NCBI GenBank assembly: GCA_951406725.2
Contig: OX597817.1
Span: 51,832,001-51,896,000 of the forward strand
Direction of reading: 5' to 3'
DNA from: Octopus vulgaris
Taxonomy: Eukaryota
Length of the DNA stretch: 64,000 nucleotides
Shown: piece by piece, positions 39,609 to 54,488 of the stretch
Layout of the letters: each line of letters opens with the position of its first letter
Numbering within the stretch: the first letter of the stretch is position 1
The notes under the pieces: model-generated
Seen by the model: only the letters and a program-made list of their open reading frames with translations
The model's database searches: none
What the model was told of the DNA's origin: nothing
Position numbers and translations under genes: made by a program

Positions 39609-41110
39609 AAAAGAGGACAATGCTAAAATAATTTTATCATGAAGAACATTTTAGTACCGGTTTCAGCCTTTGCGATTTTTTCAACTTAGAGTAAAGCATG
39701 AAAAACAATCAAATTGTGGAAAACTTAAATGAAATGTTTTTTTAATATTTCCATAATTTTCAAATACGTGGGACATTTTCCATTTTTCTGTCTCTTGTGA
39801 CGGCTCGGTGGGTAGACAGTAGCAGATCTGAAGAAATATTTAATATTAGATATTTCTTCTGCTCTGTTATTACCTACCTACCGAGCCTTCACAAAAATAA
39901 AAGAGTGAGAGACAGAGAAAAAGGAAAAATGTCCTTTGTATTTGAAAACTATGGAAGTATTATGGGTGTTTGTATAAGACCCAACACTCAGACAAATACA
40001 GGAGTACGTCCTTATAAATGAAACTTCCCCAATATTAAATAGGAAATATACACAATAAATACCATACCTCCATACCCACAGTTTACACAGGTAGAGTAGA
40101 ATAGTTAGTGGACTGTTAGGTAGATAAATGTATGTGGGTGTGAGTGTGTGTATGCCTTTTTTTAATCATTATTTTTTGTTATATTTTTTATATATTTTTT
40201 TATATATTTTTTTTTTATTAATATTTTTTTTCAATTTTTATTTATTTATTTTTTTTTTTTTTGCATGTAAGCATTTAGATATGTAAATAAACAGATCAAC
40301 ATACAGACGGATAGGTACATAGGTTACAAGAACAGACACGGATCCACACATATAAAGATGCACATCCATACATACAAACATGGTACATAGTTACATAACA
40401 TACACACACACAGATATGCACACACAAGGAGACAGAGGTGCATACATATACAAACACATGCTCACACACACATACATAGAAAATACACAAATACGGACAG
40501 GCAAGCACATAAATATGCTGGATACGTACATACAGATGCGCATATATACATACGTATGCATACACACACATATATACATACATACACATGCAAACACACA
40601 CACACATACATACGTACATGTATGCATGTATAGGCACACACACACACACACTGACCCACACACATGCGCACAAACAAACAAAAGGGAACGCAGTGTAAAT
40701 AACGGACAGAGTCAAGACTATTGAAAAGATGCAACGAAAATTTTAGAAAAATAAAGAAGGAAATAAGTGGAAATTTTACCGGTGAGTGTGTTAAATTATA
40801 AGGCACTAAAAGAGAATGACTCTCCCCAGACACAACAGAATATATAATTCTTGTTATTGAAGTTTATAGAAACTGTGGATGGATTAACGCTCTCCGAAAG
40901 TCCGTTGTTTCTGGTGTTCAGTTGCATCTATTGGAGAGATTCTTACGTTTAGTATTCAATATTTATTCACACACATGCCACTGTTTTGTTTATTGGGTTA
41001 TTTCAGCATCAACCGCTGAAACTTTCTCCATTATATATCAGGGTAATTATTTATCAATAATTGCCTCATTAACTAAAATGTATGGAAAGTTATCATCACA
41101 TGCAAAATAA
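39606..41110 (-). mobile_element. Possible old Neptune-like PLE 3' remnant
   Basis: Same architecture as 19876-23437: (TA)n, ~45 nt, HHR-like motif with GAAACCGGT, microsatellite UTR. Only faint endonuclease-like traces (YNGES) near 40860-41110. Confidence 0.3.
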
Positions 41111-41149
41111 AGTGCACGACCTCAGGTTTCGATTTTGACCTACATGTAA

Positions 41150-41958
41150 TTATATATTATTATATGATCGAACGCCACGCATCCTTTTCCAAGTAAGTTT
41201 TATCTCAATAATAACGATGCGCACTCTTCTACCTTTATTATCTCTTCTCTGTCTATCTCTCTCCCTCTCTTGTTCTTCATCCTTTCTGGCTTTCTCTCCC
41301 ACCCTTCCCTATTCTTCTCCTCTCCTCTTCACCGTTTCCTCTCTCACACTCCTCCTCCTCGACTCTCTCGTCGCTGACACGTGACGAAAGATAATCTGTC
41401 TTTCTGCCCACAACCTTCGTAAAGAAAAAACGTGCTTATACTGCCTCCTCTCATAAGCTCGTCCTCCTAGCGTTCAAAAATATTTTTTCTATTGTCTCAG
41501 CTTAACAGCCCTCACCGTATGTTTTTACTGTTTTGTTCTACTGTTCTGTTCTTTTTACTGTTTTATTCTCATTGTCCTGTTCTTGCTACCACTTTCACCC
41601 TCCGCAAAAAATCCCAAAATTTTATTTGCTTTGCGGGAAGGACTGTTTCAACGAAGTCGCGTTTTGTCCTTGCCTACGTAACGTGGAGTAGATGAAACAG
41701 GGACAATTGAAGAAGGGAAATATTCTTTATTTTGTATATCTTGTTTCTCTGTTTTTTTTTCGTTGTTTGAAAAAAAGTTCGTTTCTGTTTTTGTTTTTAT
41801 GATTTTGTTTCTCATTGTGTTCAATGTTTTTTTATGTCCTGTACCCATATATGCATGTATATATACATATATATGTAGGTATGTACATATATGTATGTAT
41901 ATATGCATATATTTATATATTATTATATGATCGAACGCCACGCATCCTTTTCCAAGTA
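41150..41958 (+). mobile_element. ~763-bp unit bounded by 46-bp direct repeats (41150-41195 / 41913-41958); likely non-autonomous PLE-like element
   Basis: Identical ttatatattattatatgatcgaacgccacgcatccttttccaagta at both ends; non-coding interior. Confidence 0.55.
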
Positions 41959-41964
41959 TGTATG

Positions 41965-42175
41965 TGTGTGTGTCTTTGTGTCTGTGGTTTCCCCCATCAT
42001 CACTTGACAACCGGTGTTGGTGCGTTTACATCCTCGTAACAGCGATTCGGCAAAAGGGACCAATAGAATAAGTACTAGGCTTACAAAGAATAAGTTCTGG
42101 GATCGAATTGTTCGTCAAAGACCCTTCAAGGCGGTGCTCCAGCATGGCCGCACTGAAATGACTGAAACAAGTAAA
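41965..42175 (+). mobile_element. SINE family A, 3' half (other 3' halves: 1495-1615 +, 57445-57690 +, 60340-60545 -; tail only 48930-49000)
   Basis: Match to the family A 3' region including the GGCGGTGCTCCAGCATGGCCGCA tail. Confidence 0.75.
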
Positions 42176-42253
42176 TACATACATACATGTATGTATGTAT
42201 GTATGTATGTATGTATGTATGTATGTATGTATGTATGTATGTATGTATGTGTA

Positions 42254-42304
<51 letters not shown>

Positions 42305-42717
42305 GAACACACACATACATATACACAGAAGACGTGTGTGCGTGATCTTGTGTGTGAGTGTGTATATATATGTATTTATATGTGTATTATAAAAATTCAT
42401 ATACATTGTATGGAGAGAAACCTTAACTCCAGACATGCATCTACATCTATATGCATGGATAAATCGACCTAAGTTTGCAGGTATATTCAAATGCACGGAA
42501 ATTCATACACACATATGCCCGCACACACACAAACACAGATGAAAACAAGACGTGTGTTCAGTTTGTGAAGAGGAGAGTTAGAGCGAAAGAGTAAAAGGAA
42601 GAGGTATTACTTTTACTACACAAAAGATAGAGACTGAAAGTGAAAATGAAAGTAAGGGTTGAAAAGACAGTAAAAGGTAGTTTTCATATATATGAACGCG
42701 TGTGTGAGTGTGTGAGC

Positions 42718-42750
<33 letters not shown>

Positions 42751-43199
42751 CGTATGTGTGTGTGTGTGTGTATTTTACTTATATGTTTATATGTATGTGA
42801 ATGTCTGTGCATTTTATGTATATGTGTGAATATATATATGTGTGTGTATTTTACGCATATATGTGTATATATATGTATGTATGCGTGTATGTGTGAGCGT
42901 GTGTGTGTGTGTGTATTTTACTTATATGTTTATATGTATGTGAATGTGTGTGCATTTTATGTATATGTGTGAATATATATATGTGTGTGTATTTTACGCA
43001 TATATATGTATATATATGTATGTATGCGTGTATGTATGTATTTGCATATATTTATATCCATTTATGCATAATATGCACATATATAGACATATATTTGCAG
43101 TTATGTACGTCTATATATATATATGTATGTATGTATGTATATATTTACATATATATACATGTGAATATATGCATATATAGATATGTATATATAAATATT

Positions 43200-43701
<502 letters not shown>

Positions 43702-43934
43702 TATAGTTGTATGTGTATATATACACTCAAACACATACACAGATTGAGAGATATCTGCAGGCGGTAAAAACAGATAGAGACAGGGAGATAAAGCATAAAT
43801 TATGAAGGTAAAAATAGACGAGGAGAGGGGAGAGGGGAGGGGAGAAGGGGAGGGAGAAGGGGAGGGGAGAGGGAGAGGGGAGAGATAGGCAGGAAGAAGA
43901 GATAGAAAGGAAGAAAGAACGAAAGAAATAATGA

Positions 43935-44025
<91 letters not shown>

Positions 44026-44371
44026 GAAGGAAGGAAGAGAAGTGTCAGGAAGAGGATAATGTAAGAATATTAAGTTGGACAGACAGGCAGCCTGACAGAC
44101 AGACTGATAGGATAAAGTCGAAAGCTTGGAAAAAAGCAGACAAGTAAATCGAATCGATTAATTGAATATCTGAAATTGTGAAAGATCTTTGGTGCTGCTG
44201 CATTATGAAGGAGACCGTTTCTTATTCTGTATTCTTCCTTTGGTCTTCTTTAGTTCTTTGGTTTTTGTGAAGTGTCTTCGGAAATATTCTTTAGATGAAT
44301 AAACCATGAAAGACATCATAATAGGAAAATGTGGCAGCTCTAGATTTTTCATATTTTTTAAAATGTCTATT

Positions 44372-44603
<232 letters not shown>

Positions 44604-44624
44604 TACGCTAGTGGAGGCTAATTT

Positions 44625-45017
44625 AGTTAGCAGGTATTTTATCTTGAAGTTTGGTGACAACAAGTCTCCTCCAATCCCAAGAATCTTCCTTTAGGATTCT
44701 TACAGAATATAGAAATGGCACTTTTTTCTGCAGGTCAACAATGCGAGTTTCAGTTCCGATCTCTTTCAGTCTCTTAAGTGGTGTTTTAGATGTTATTCCC
44801 ATGTGCACCAATTACCACAAGGTATAACTGCTGTCTCGGTCTTTCACAGTCTCCTCAGTTCTCTGGCGAGATCCAGGTATTTTTCAATTCTTTCAATTTC
44901 TTTGGTTATCGACTCTGTTATCATAAGGAATTACAAAAACCTATGATCTTATTCTGTTTGCTTATTTTGTCCCCTATGATCATATCCGGCCTCCTTGCTT
45001 CAATAGCATCGTCAATT
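44625..45017 (-). mobile_element. R4/Dong-like LINE RLE-domain remnant
   Basis: Across frameshifts: IEARRPDMIIGDK...KYLDLARELRRL...VVIGA...LQK...VRIL; lies between trinucleotide tracts. Confidence 0.7.
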
Positions 45018-45021
45018 AGCA

Positions 45022-45059
45022 TGGTGGTGGTGGTGGTGGTGGTTGTGGTGGCGGCGGCG

Positions 45060-45139
<80 letters not shown>

Positions 45140-45308
45140 TGTGGTGGCGGCGGCAGCAGCAGTAGTAGTAGTAGTAGCAGTAGTAGTGGTGGTGGTGGTG
45201 GTGGTGGTGGTGGTGGTGGTAGCAGCAGCAGTAGTAGTAGTAGTAGTAGTTGTAGTAGTAGTAGTGGTGGTGGTGGTGGTGGTGGTGGTAGTAGTAGTAG
45301 TAGTAGTA
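45022..45308. repeat. Compound (GTG/GCA/GTA)n microsatellite
   Basis: Direct reading. Confidence 0.95.
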
Positions 45309-46261
45309 TAAACTGGGTTTTGCTTGCATTATTTAGAAATGTGAAGGCGAGGGGTTGACAGAATCGCTCGTGCGTCCGGAGAAATCCTTAGTGGTCTTTC
45401 TTTCGGCTCTTTACGTTCTAAGTTCAAACTCTGCCGAGGTCTACTTTGAGTACTGGGGTCGATGGTGTAATCGACTTACCCCTTCCCTTAAAACCGCTGG
45501 CCCTGCGCGAAAATCTGAAACAATGATTTAGAAATGGAAAGGTGGCAAGCTAGCTGAATCGTTACCGCGCCGGGCAAAAATACTCAGTGGTATTTCTTCC
45601 GACTTATTACGATCCGAGTTCAATTTCCACCGCGGTCAGCTTTACATTCCATCTCTCCGAGGTAGATAAAGAAAGGTATCAACCAAGCAGTGAGGTCGAT
45701 GTAATCAACTGCACCCTCTCCTCAAAATTGTTGGCGTTGTGTTTACGATAGAAAGAATCAGTTAAAATTGGAATTTAGTCGTAGACTAGCAAATAAGGGT
45801 CAGACTAATTGACACGCAATCTTAGAGACACTTCTTTGAGTCCTAAGTTCAAATCACAACCAGTTCAGTTTTTATTTCATCTATCTGGATCCAATAGGAA
45901 AATTTAAATATTTGCTGTTGTCTTCTTTTCTTCTTCTTCTTCTTCTTCTTCTTCTTCTTCTTCTTCTTCTTCTTCTTCTTCTCCTCCTTCTCCTCTCCTC
46001 CTCATCCTCCCCTGCTCATCTTTCTCCTTCTTTTTCTTCTTCTCCTTCTTCTCCTTCTCCTTCTTCTTCTTCTTTTTCTTCTTCTTCTTCTTCTTCTTCT
46101 TTTTCTTCTTCTTCTTCTTCCAATCAGGACTCACGCCATTAGCTACAAAGAATAATCTCTAATTCAAACCTACTCTAAGCTACTAAGAATGAGTATGGCA
46201 ACTTGAAGATCCACGCCACCACACGCGATAGACTGGCGGTTGCACGGGCGCGAAAGCTACG

Positions 46262-46604
46262 TTGTTACCCTCATTCCGTAAACGGTGGCTTTTAACGGGT
46301 GGGGAGCTGAACCATCCTGGGGTACAGAGGATTCGCAATCTAGACTAGAGTCTGAAAGTTTACCACAACATAGTGTGGTTACACCATGGTTCCTCTGCTT
46401 TGTGCCAGAAGTAGGAAGAAAGGGTGAGAGAAAGTTATCGTGAAAGAGTATAGCGGGGTTCAACACCACCACCATCACCCCACGCCGGAGCCTCGTGGAG
46501 CTTAGCTGTTTTTGCTCATTAAACACAATGCCCGGTCTGGGAATCGAAACCGCGTTCTTACGACCACGAGTCCGCTGCCCTAACCACTGGGCCATTGCGC
46601 CTCC
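46262..46604 (-). mobile_element. SINE family C head with a different 3' body (type 3)
   Basis: 46410-46604 matches the family C head; 46262-46410 is unrelated to the other bodies. Confidence 0.7.
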
Positions 46605-46984
46605 CCTGCTGTTGATGTTTAGCTCCTGGTAGGTTCCGATAAAGCAGACCCACCTATGATTAAAGGAAATTCTATCACCCTGCACTCCGAACATCATTTT
46701 CTTACAAGAAGGCAGAGTGTGTTTTTGGGTAAATTTAACTGTTATTTTTAGCAAGACAAGTAACTACATAGACGCTACCCACTTCTTTAGAAAACCATTA
46801 TTTAGGAATGAGACATCAACCGATTGAAAAAACTCGAGATGAAAGATCGCTGGGTTAAATTTAATGAAGTATTTAGTTTTGTCTCTTCATATCCTGCTCC
46901 TATCAATATTGTGTTTCATCTCAAAAATCGATAAAGTAATTAAATGCTAGTGAACTACCCAAGTCACTTCTATAAACTGTACAC

Positions 46985-47883
46985 CGGTGGTTCTCAACCG
47001 GGGTCATATGAACATTGGGGATCCATGTAAGATTTTATTGTTAAAATTTATGTATATTAAATTGGTTTACTTCTGCAATACAAAAAATATTAAGGCGGCA
47101 AGCTGGCAGAAACGTTAGCACGTCGGGCGAAATGCTTAGGAGTATTTCGTCTGCCGCAACGTTCTCAGTTCAAATTCCGCCGAGGGTTGATGAATTAAGT
47201 ACCAGTTACGCACTGGGGTCAATATAATCGACTTAATCCGTTTTTCTGTCCTTGTTTGTCCTCTCTGTGTTTAGCCCCTTGTGGGTAGTAAAGAAATAGT
47301 TATTTCGTCTGCCGCTACATTCTGAGTTCAAATTCCGCCGAGGTCGACTTTGCCTTTCATCCTTTCGGACTCGATAAATTAAATAAGTACCTATTTCTTT
47401 ATTACCCACAAGGGGCTAAACACAGAGGGGACAAACAAGGACAGACATAGGTATTAAGTCGATTACATCGACCCCAGTGTGTAACTGGTACTTAATTTAT
47501 CGACCCCGAAAGGATGAAAGGCAAAGTCGACCTCGGCGGAATTTGAACTCACAACGTAACGCAGACGAAATACCGCTAAGCATTTCGCCCGGCGTGCTAA
47601 CGTTTCTGCCAGCTCGCCGCCTTAAATTAAATAAGTACCAGTTACGTACTGGGATCGATCTGATCGACTGCCCCCACCGCTTCCCAAAAATTTTCTTGTG
47701 CTTAGAGTAGAAAAAAAAACAAGACAAAAATATTATAACAATGTTCTTAAATACAATTTCAAATATTTAATTCCAAAAATATGATAGGATTTTTTAAACG
47801 TTGAATGGTTATGAAGATCAATTTATGTAGAATATGAATCAAAACTGTCAATAAGTAAAAAAAAAAATGGTTGAGAATCCCTG
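46985..47883. mobile_element. hAT (Charlie-like) MITE with nested SINEs
   Basis: TIRs cggtggttctcaacc / ggttgagaatccctg; imperfect 8-bp TSD ctgtacac / ttctacac with central TA. A single similar TIR end lies at ~3455-3477. Confidence 0.7.
47094..47710 (+). mobile_element. SINE family B dimer interrupted by an antisense family B monomer (47390-47621; 17-bp TSD)
   Basis: taaattaaataagtacc at 47375-47391 and 47623-47639. Confidence 0.85.
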
Positions 47884-48227
47884 TTCTACACCTTCCCTGT
47901 AAATATTGTGAATCAGATGTCAGAATCGTTGGGGGTAATATGTAACCTATAGAGAGATCAGTGGTTCATATCTGCTCATGGTCCTTGCTTCTGTCCGTGG
48001 CCAAGATGCCTAAACTTCCACAACTGAGTCTATTTCCTGTGGGTTTAACGTCTAAGATTAAGTAACTACATACGTAAATAGAATCCGAGCTGAGCAAACG
48101 ACAAGAACACTTGAATGGGGTTGGGCTGAACCGGCTGCGACCAACGAGTTTCAGTGGGAATACAAGGTCACGTGTGGTCCCCAGTCACTTGCATACACAC
48201 TTTGGGATAGTATGATCCTTAGCTGCT

Positions 48228-48606
48228 GTTGCTGTTGAGCGGACGGTCTTCGTCCCAGAGCTCGCAAGATGGGAGAAGTCCGAAACGTGGTCCTTTGCTA
48301 TTCGTAAGACCCGCAGAAGAGAAAGCAGGTCAACCACGACACCGAGAGCATCGACGGATGGATGAAGGCGCATCCAGGCTCAGCGGTTGCATAGGAAGTC
48401 GGGGACAAGAAACAGGAAGAAAGAGTGAAAGAAAGTTGGGGCGAAAGAGTACAACAGGGGCCGCTACCACCCCCTGCCGGAGCTTCGTGGAGCTTTAGGT
48501 GTTTTCGCTCAATAAACACACAACGCCCGGTCTGAGAATCGAAACCGCGATCCTCCGACCGCGAGTCCGCTGCCCTAACCACTGGGCCATTGCGCCTCCA
48601 CATCTG
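48228..48606 (-). mobile_element. SINE family C head with 3' body type 2; TSD tagctgct
   Basis: Head match; 8-bp duplication near 48220 and 48607; empty-site paralog near 49675-49700. Confidence 0.8.
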
Positions 48607-50749
48607 TAGCTGCTCATCTTGCCGTCTCGACTGACGACAATAGTAGAGGATTCGCTGACCAAAACACTACTGATTATCGGAGCAGACGTAACCTGGATTT
48701 GAAGTTGAAGTGGATTCTAGAGACATGTTTTAACAAAAGTAAAGGGATTCCTCACTCTCTCCCAGCACGCCGGACACCAACCTGGAATTTTTTAGAGCTC
48801 GTGCTAGTTTTGTGGAGCCGTGATATATCTGAGGGTCCGTGCTAAGTATAGAAATATACAAGTCTAATGATGAAATCTGAACTCACGGGGTACCATTTTA
48901 CATTTTACATTTTACATTTTGGTTGAATTGTTCGACCAAAATCTTGGAGGTGATACCCCAGTATGGCCGCAATCCGATGGCTGAATCAAGCAAAAGAGTA
49001 AAGACGGCCATCCATTCTTTCGTGATGTGCAATATTTATAAAGAAATTTTAGAGCAAATTAAATAGACTTCGGTAATTCACTGGTAATTAATTAGCTTAT
49101 CGATTTTCGAGAGATGAAATATAATATTGATAGCAGCGAGATATGAAGAGACAGAACTAAACACAGCATCACATTTAGCTCAGCGTCCTTTCATCTCGAA
49201 CCTCTCAACTCGTTAGTGTTTCGTTGCTTTCTAAATACTGTCATACGGTGAACACTTTGTCGGGAAAATATTATCGTAAATTAAATTCATACAGCATATC
49301 ACTAGTAATTATTCGAGGTTGCTTTTACTTTATCCTGCCCTATAATCCAATGTACGTCTTTCTAAGACTGTACAATGTGATTCTAAATAGATTTGGCTGC
49401 TAGGTCGATAGGCCACAGAGAGGGTCGTGAAGGTCTCTTTTCTGATACTTACGTGTCCCAGTTGTATTTAAACGTTGGATAGACAATGTCGCTTTTAAAT
49501 GTTAATTTGCAAATTTAACAAAGCCCCCACTGCGAGAGCAAGCGCGTTGGTCAGCGCGGACGCCGTGACCTTAGTTGTCATTCGTGTCGAGGGGAAGAGT
49601 TTGTGTTCGGAATTTCAGTGGGAATACAAACTCACATGTGGTCCCCAGTTAATGCATACACACTGTGGTATAGTTCGATCCGAAGCAGATCATCTTGCCG
49701 TCGGTTGTCAACCATCATAGATGATTCGCTGACCAAACCACTGCCGATTGTTGGAGTAAGCGGGTTCTAGAGACATGCTTTAGCAAAAGCTCAGAGGTGT
49801 CTCACTTCCAGCGGTCTTCCAGCATGCCAGACACCAGCCCAGAATTTCTAGCAGACCGTGCTATTGCTAAATAGTCGTTGAATCTACACTAGATTCATCC
49901 GGCCTTTGGAGGTGAGCGTGGCCTACAGGTATACTCATTGCTTGATGCTACCTCATCATATAACTGATATTTAACAATATATGAGGAAGGGCTAAAATGG
50001 AAAACCAGAGCCGGTAGGAAATGAATTCAGAATACCTGCAAACTAACAACAGTAAGTTTTTGGCAAGCTTCTAATCCGTTTTCCTAACATGTCTACGTCC
50101 TCAACACCTTTGCAGATTAATATATATTGATTAAGCTTTTGCATTTTTGATTTCCAACTATTTTAATAGAATTAAAGACATTTCTATCAAAAGTAAATAT
50201 TTACAAGTGTCAAAAAAGAAGATTTTCAAAATACGAATAAACCATAACAAAATGGTGGAAAAGATTAATCAGAAAACAACAGTGATTTCTACGAATATTA
50301 TTTGTTTTTTTAATTCTTTATTTATTTATATATTGTTGATGTTGTTTAACTCTATTCAAGAGATCAAGATAAAACTTGTGATTTACGTAAATCACGCATT
50401 TTGACTGCTTAAAAGCCGAGAATTAGAAGAATATATAAATATTTTTTTTAAATCTGATCAAACGAAATATAATTAATAAATTACTAGTCGCAATAACAAC
50501 AACAAAAGTGACGACGACGACGACGATCATGATGATGATATTGAGTTGTTTGTTTTTTGATATTAACTTAATTACTACGAAGCAGAAAATTGTGTAAGAA
50601 GCGATATTTGTTTTTAATGTGCGGAATCGAAGAAAATAGATATTCGATAAATTTCCTTATCTTCTGTACTCAATGTATTTTTTAAGTGATCGACAGAATA
50701 TCTAGAAATATCTGAAGAGATTTTTTTTATTCATTTCATTCATTCATTG

Positions 50750-50799
<50 letters not shown>

Positions 50800-50840
50800 G
50801 TACATACATACATACATACATACATACATACATACATACA

Positions 50841-50873
<33 letters not shown>

Positions 50874-51370
50874 CCACACCACACCTGTACACATCTCCCT
50901 CACACATACCCCCGTATCCTCATCCCCAAACCCACGCTCCGCCCTCACATCCCCACACCCCTACCCTCGCATCCCCCACACCATCCTCCACACACCCACA
51001 CATTACAGACGCACACACTTACACACACACATTCGCACGTCAAAGTCACCAGCCCCTATTCGCACGCGCACACACACTATCACATGCACGCGTACGCGCA
51101 CCTTCGTTTTGGGATCACCAATATTTTATTATCTCCCCTTCTTCCTAGCTCTCCTGTCTAACTACCCTTGTCCAGCCAGCCGCCATGATTGACTGCTAGC
51201 TCCAAAAGTTTTTTTTTTTATTCTTTCTCTCTTTATTTTCTCGTGTTCCTTTCTGTTGAAGAGCGTAGGCTCGAAATATAAAAGACTTTCTCAATTTCTC
51301 GAGCGTTAAACTAATACACCTGTTTGTTGTTTTAGCAACTGTCTTCGTCTTTTGCTTTTCTGTAAATTTC

Positions 51371-51436
<66 letters not shown>

Positions 51437-51624
51437 CCGACAATTGTTTGTTTCAACATATTTAGATGTAGAAAATATCACTGAAATTCATATTTTCGAA
51501 AATACATGTTAGCACAACGTTTTCAAGGCGTGTGTGTATCATATATATATATATGATATTCGATTTACAACTATTCGACGGCAAAATACATTGAGTACAG
51601 AAGATTAGGAAATTTATCGAATAT

Positions 51625-51950
51625 ATATATAATATCAGCGTAAGAAAAAATTTTAGAAATATGTATTTATAGGAATAATATATAGTCTATTGACTAATTT
51701 TTCTACACGCTAGGTCACTGGTAGTTAAAATTTCTAAATTTTTTTCTTACCCTGATATTATTAATTATTGCACCTGCTGGATTGCCTCGTATTTATATGT
51801 TTAATCTAGGCGTACCTGTTGATGAAGACTTCGCCTAGCAAAATATTTTATTTGCTAATTTAAAGTCAAAAACCATGGTCCAGGAAATATATGGTAAATG
51901 TTTTATTTTTTCTACCCACTTTCACTGAGTTTTTATGGGTGGCCCCTGAG
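51625..51950 (+). mobile_element. Related PLE pLTR copy with degenerate HHR
   Basis: Homologous to 16045-16160 and 16276-16358 but in permuted order. Confidence 0.6.
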
Positions 51951-52505
51951 TTATATATAAAATGATCTTTGCTCAAAATGCCATACAACGCAATCAAACT
52001 CAGGACCGCGTAGTGACAAAACAAGCTTTTTAACCATTCGGCCACAGATACATATGTGATAAGGTCGATATCTTAAACTTTTGTTACTTTGAAATTTGGA
52101 AGCGTTTATGTCAATGCCTTTGTGAAGGGCATTTGCAGCGTAAGTGAAAAAGCTATAACCGGGAATCGAACCTGAATCGCAAACTCGGTTGTCATAAAAA
52201 ACAAAAAAAAACTGTCTTACCACCAACGCTACGGTACCGTCCATTTGTAAAATCGTAATTGTTAATCGCAAGCGACAATTTGAATTCTATGAGACAAGTA
52301 ATGGCAACTTGTAAACAGAAAGTGAAACACTCGAAAATGCTGTGACAAGAAATATCTAAAGAACCATTTTGTACCGTTTCTTCGTTCTTTGTTTTGTGTG
52401 TGTTTGCGTGCAGAATATCAGTCCAGACATTATATACGTTGTGTGATTGCGTGCGTGACATCTTTTCGATGTTAACCAAGGCTTTAACATTACCACCGCC
52501 AACAC

Positions 52506-52506
<1 letters not shown>

Positions 52507-52604
<98 letters not shown>

Positions 52605-52646
52605 CAGTAGTAGTAATAGTGGTGGTGGTGGTTGTGGTAGTGGTGT

Positions 52647-52703
<57 letters not shown>

Positions 52704-52705
52704 AG

Positions 52706-52755
<50 letters not shown>

Positions 52756-52810
52756 GGTGGTGGTGGTGGTAGTAATAGTGGTGGTGGTGGTGGTGGTGGT
52801 GGTGGTGGTG

Positions 52811-52903
<93 letters not shown>
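52507..52903. repeat. Compound (GCA/GTA/GTG)n microsatellite
   Basis: Direct reading. Confidence 0.95.
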
Positions 52904-53535
52904 ATATGATTATCATAACAATATCGTCTTTGTAGATGATGTTTAAGCAGAATTGAATCTTTGAATTTGGTCTGTACATAGTTTTATTTAATAAAAGTAA
53001 AATTTTACAGAGTTGAGTTTGTTTACTTGTCTAGTAATCTGAAATCGAATTCTGAAATTAAATTTAAAATTAAGAGAAAAAAAAAAGGAAAATAGGTGGA
53101 ATGAGGACAATTCTGTAAATACGCAAAACAATGGAACTTGAAAGTGACTAATGATGCTTGGCTGATGACTGGTGACATGAACTCGACGTTAGTCAACGTC
53201 AGTCAAGGTGAATACAAAAGACCCATAATGTCAGTGAATTCAACTCGGAAGAAGAAAACTTAGGCCTGTGAGAACTATAAAGTAACAAACTTTCAAACAG
53301 ATACAGTGGAAGTGTGTCAGAGGCCACGTCGTTGCTGTGTAATCGAAATGCTGATATCTTGTGAGGTAACAACAAACAGAATTTAAGTCCTGTGTGTTTT
53401 CAAATGGTTAAAATGGGTCTTCTACAATATAAATGCTTTCGTAATATTTGTATTAAGAAGTCAACGAGCTGACAGAATTGTGAGCATGCGGAGCGAAATG
53501 CTTAGCGGTTAAAGGCATTTCATCTGTTTTTCACT

Positions 53536-54043
53536 CGGGATGAGATGATTGGGCGCAGTTGTTTGGGCGCTAATGATTTGGCACGGCTGACGGGACACTG
53601 AACTTGTTTTGGCAACAGCAATTTTTACGCAATGAAGGCAAATACACACCGACAAACGAGCAGCACACACGCGTGATTAGAAATATACACACAGAGACGG
53701 TGAGGAAGAGAGAGAACCATTATACACACAAACATAACTAGATAACCACGCACATAAACGGGGCAGGAGAGGTAGAGAAGTGAGAGAGGGAGACATTGCA
53801 ATTAATTAATTAATTAATTAATTGAACACAGTTGACATAAACACTTCCTCTCTCCTCATACTCATAAAGAGAAATAGGATTATACACATAAACAGAGGCA
53901 GACAGACGGACATACAGACAGAGAATAAGAGAAGCATTAAAACGAGAGGAACAGTAAAACGTCAGATGTCAAATGGGTCAACGTCGAATCAGTGACGACA
54001 AATAAGCGAGGTCAATATGGCTGTGCCAAAACGTCTCACGCTC
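53536..54043. mobile_element. Possible old MITE with weak TIRs and subterminal ttggc/gccaa repeats
   Basis: gggatgagatgattgggcgcag resembles the reverse complement of ctgtgccaaaacgtctcacgctc. Confidence 0.35.
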
Positions 54044-54429
54044 GTGTACACATAATGCAAATCAAAGTATCAATGAGGGTGACACAAAGTCAGTAGGTTT
54101 CGTTTTCGAATTACGGACGCAATCCAAAGAGAAGGAGAGAAAGGAGTTCCGATTCCAATATGGGGATAGGTATCTTGTTCATAGGCCCTAGAAAGGGTGA
54201 AAGGTAAATTTCACTCCAGCAGGGCTTCAAATGTGAATACGTAACAAATGTCGCAACACATTATATGAGACGCTCTCTAACGACCACTTTATATACATGT
54301 GCGTGTGTGCGAGTGTATTTCTCTCCCTATATATATATATATACACACATATGTATGTATGTATATATGTACGTATGTATGTATGTATGTATGTATGTAT
54401 GTATGTATGTATGTATGTATGTATGTATG

Positions 54430-54488
<59 letters not shown>

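Noticed and set aside
48525-48600. tRNA-Arg-like sequence (also the heads of SINE A and B)
   Set aside because: Continues into SINE bodies with TSDs; no intact cloverleaf, so not a tRNA gene.
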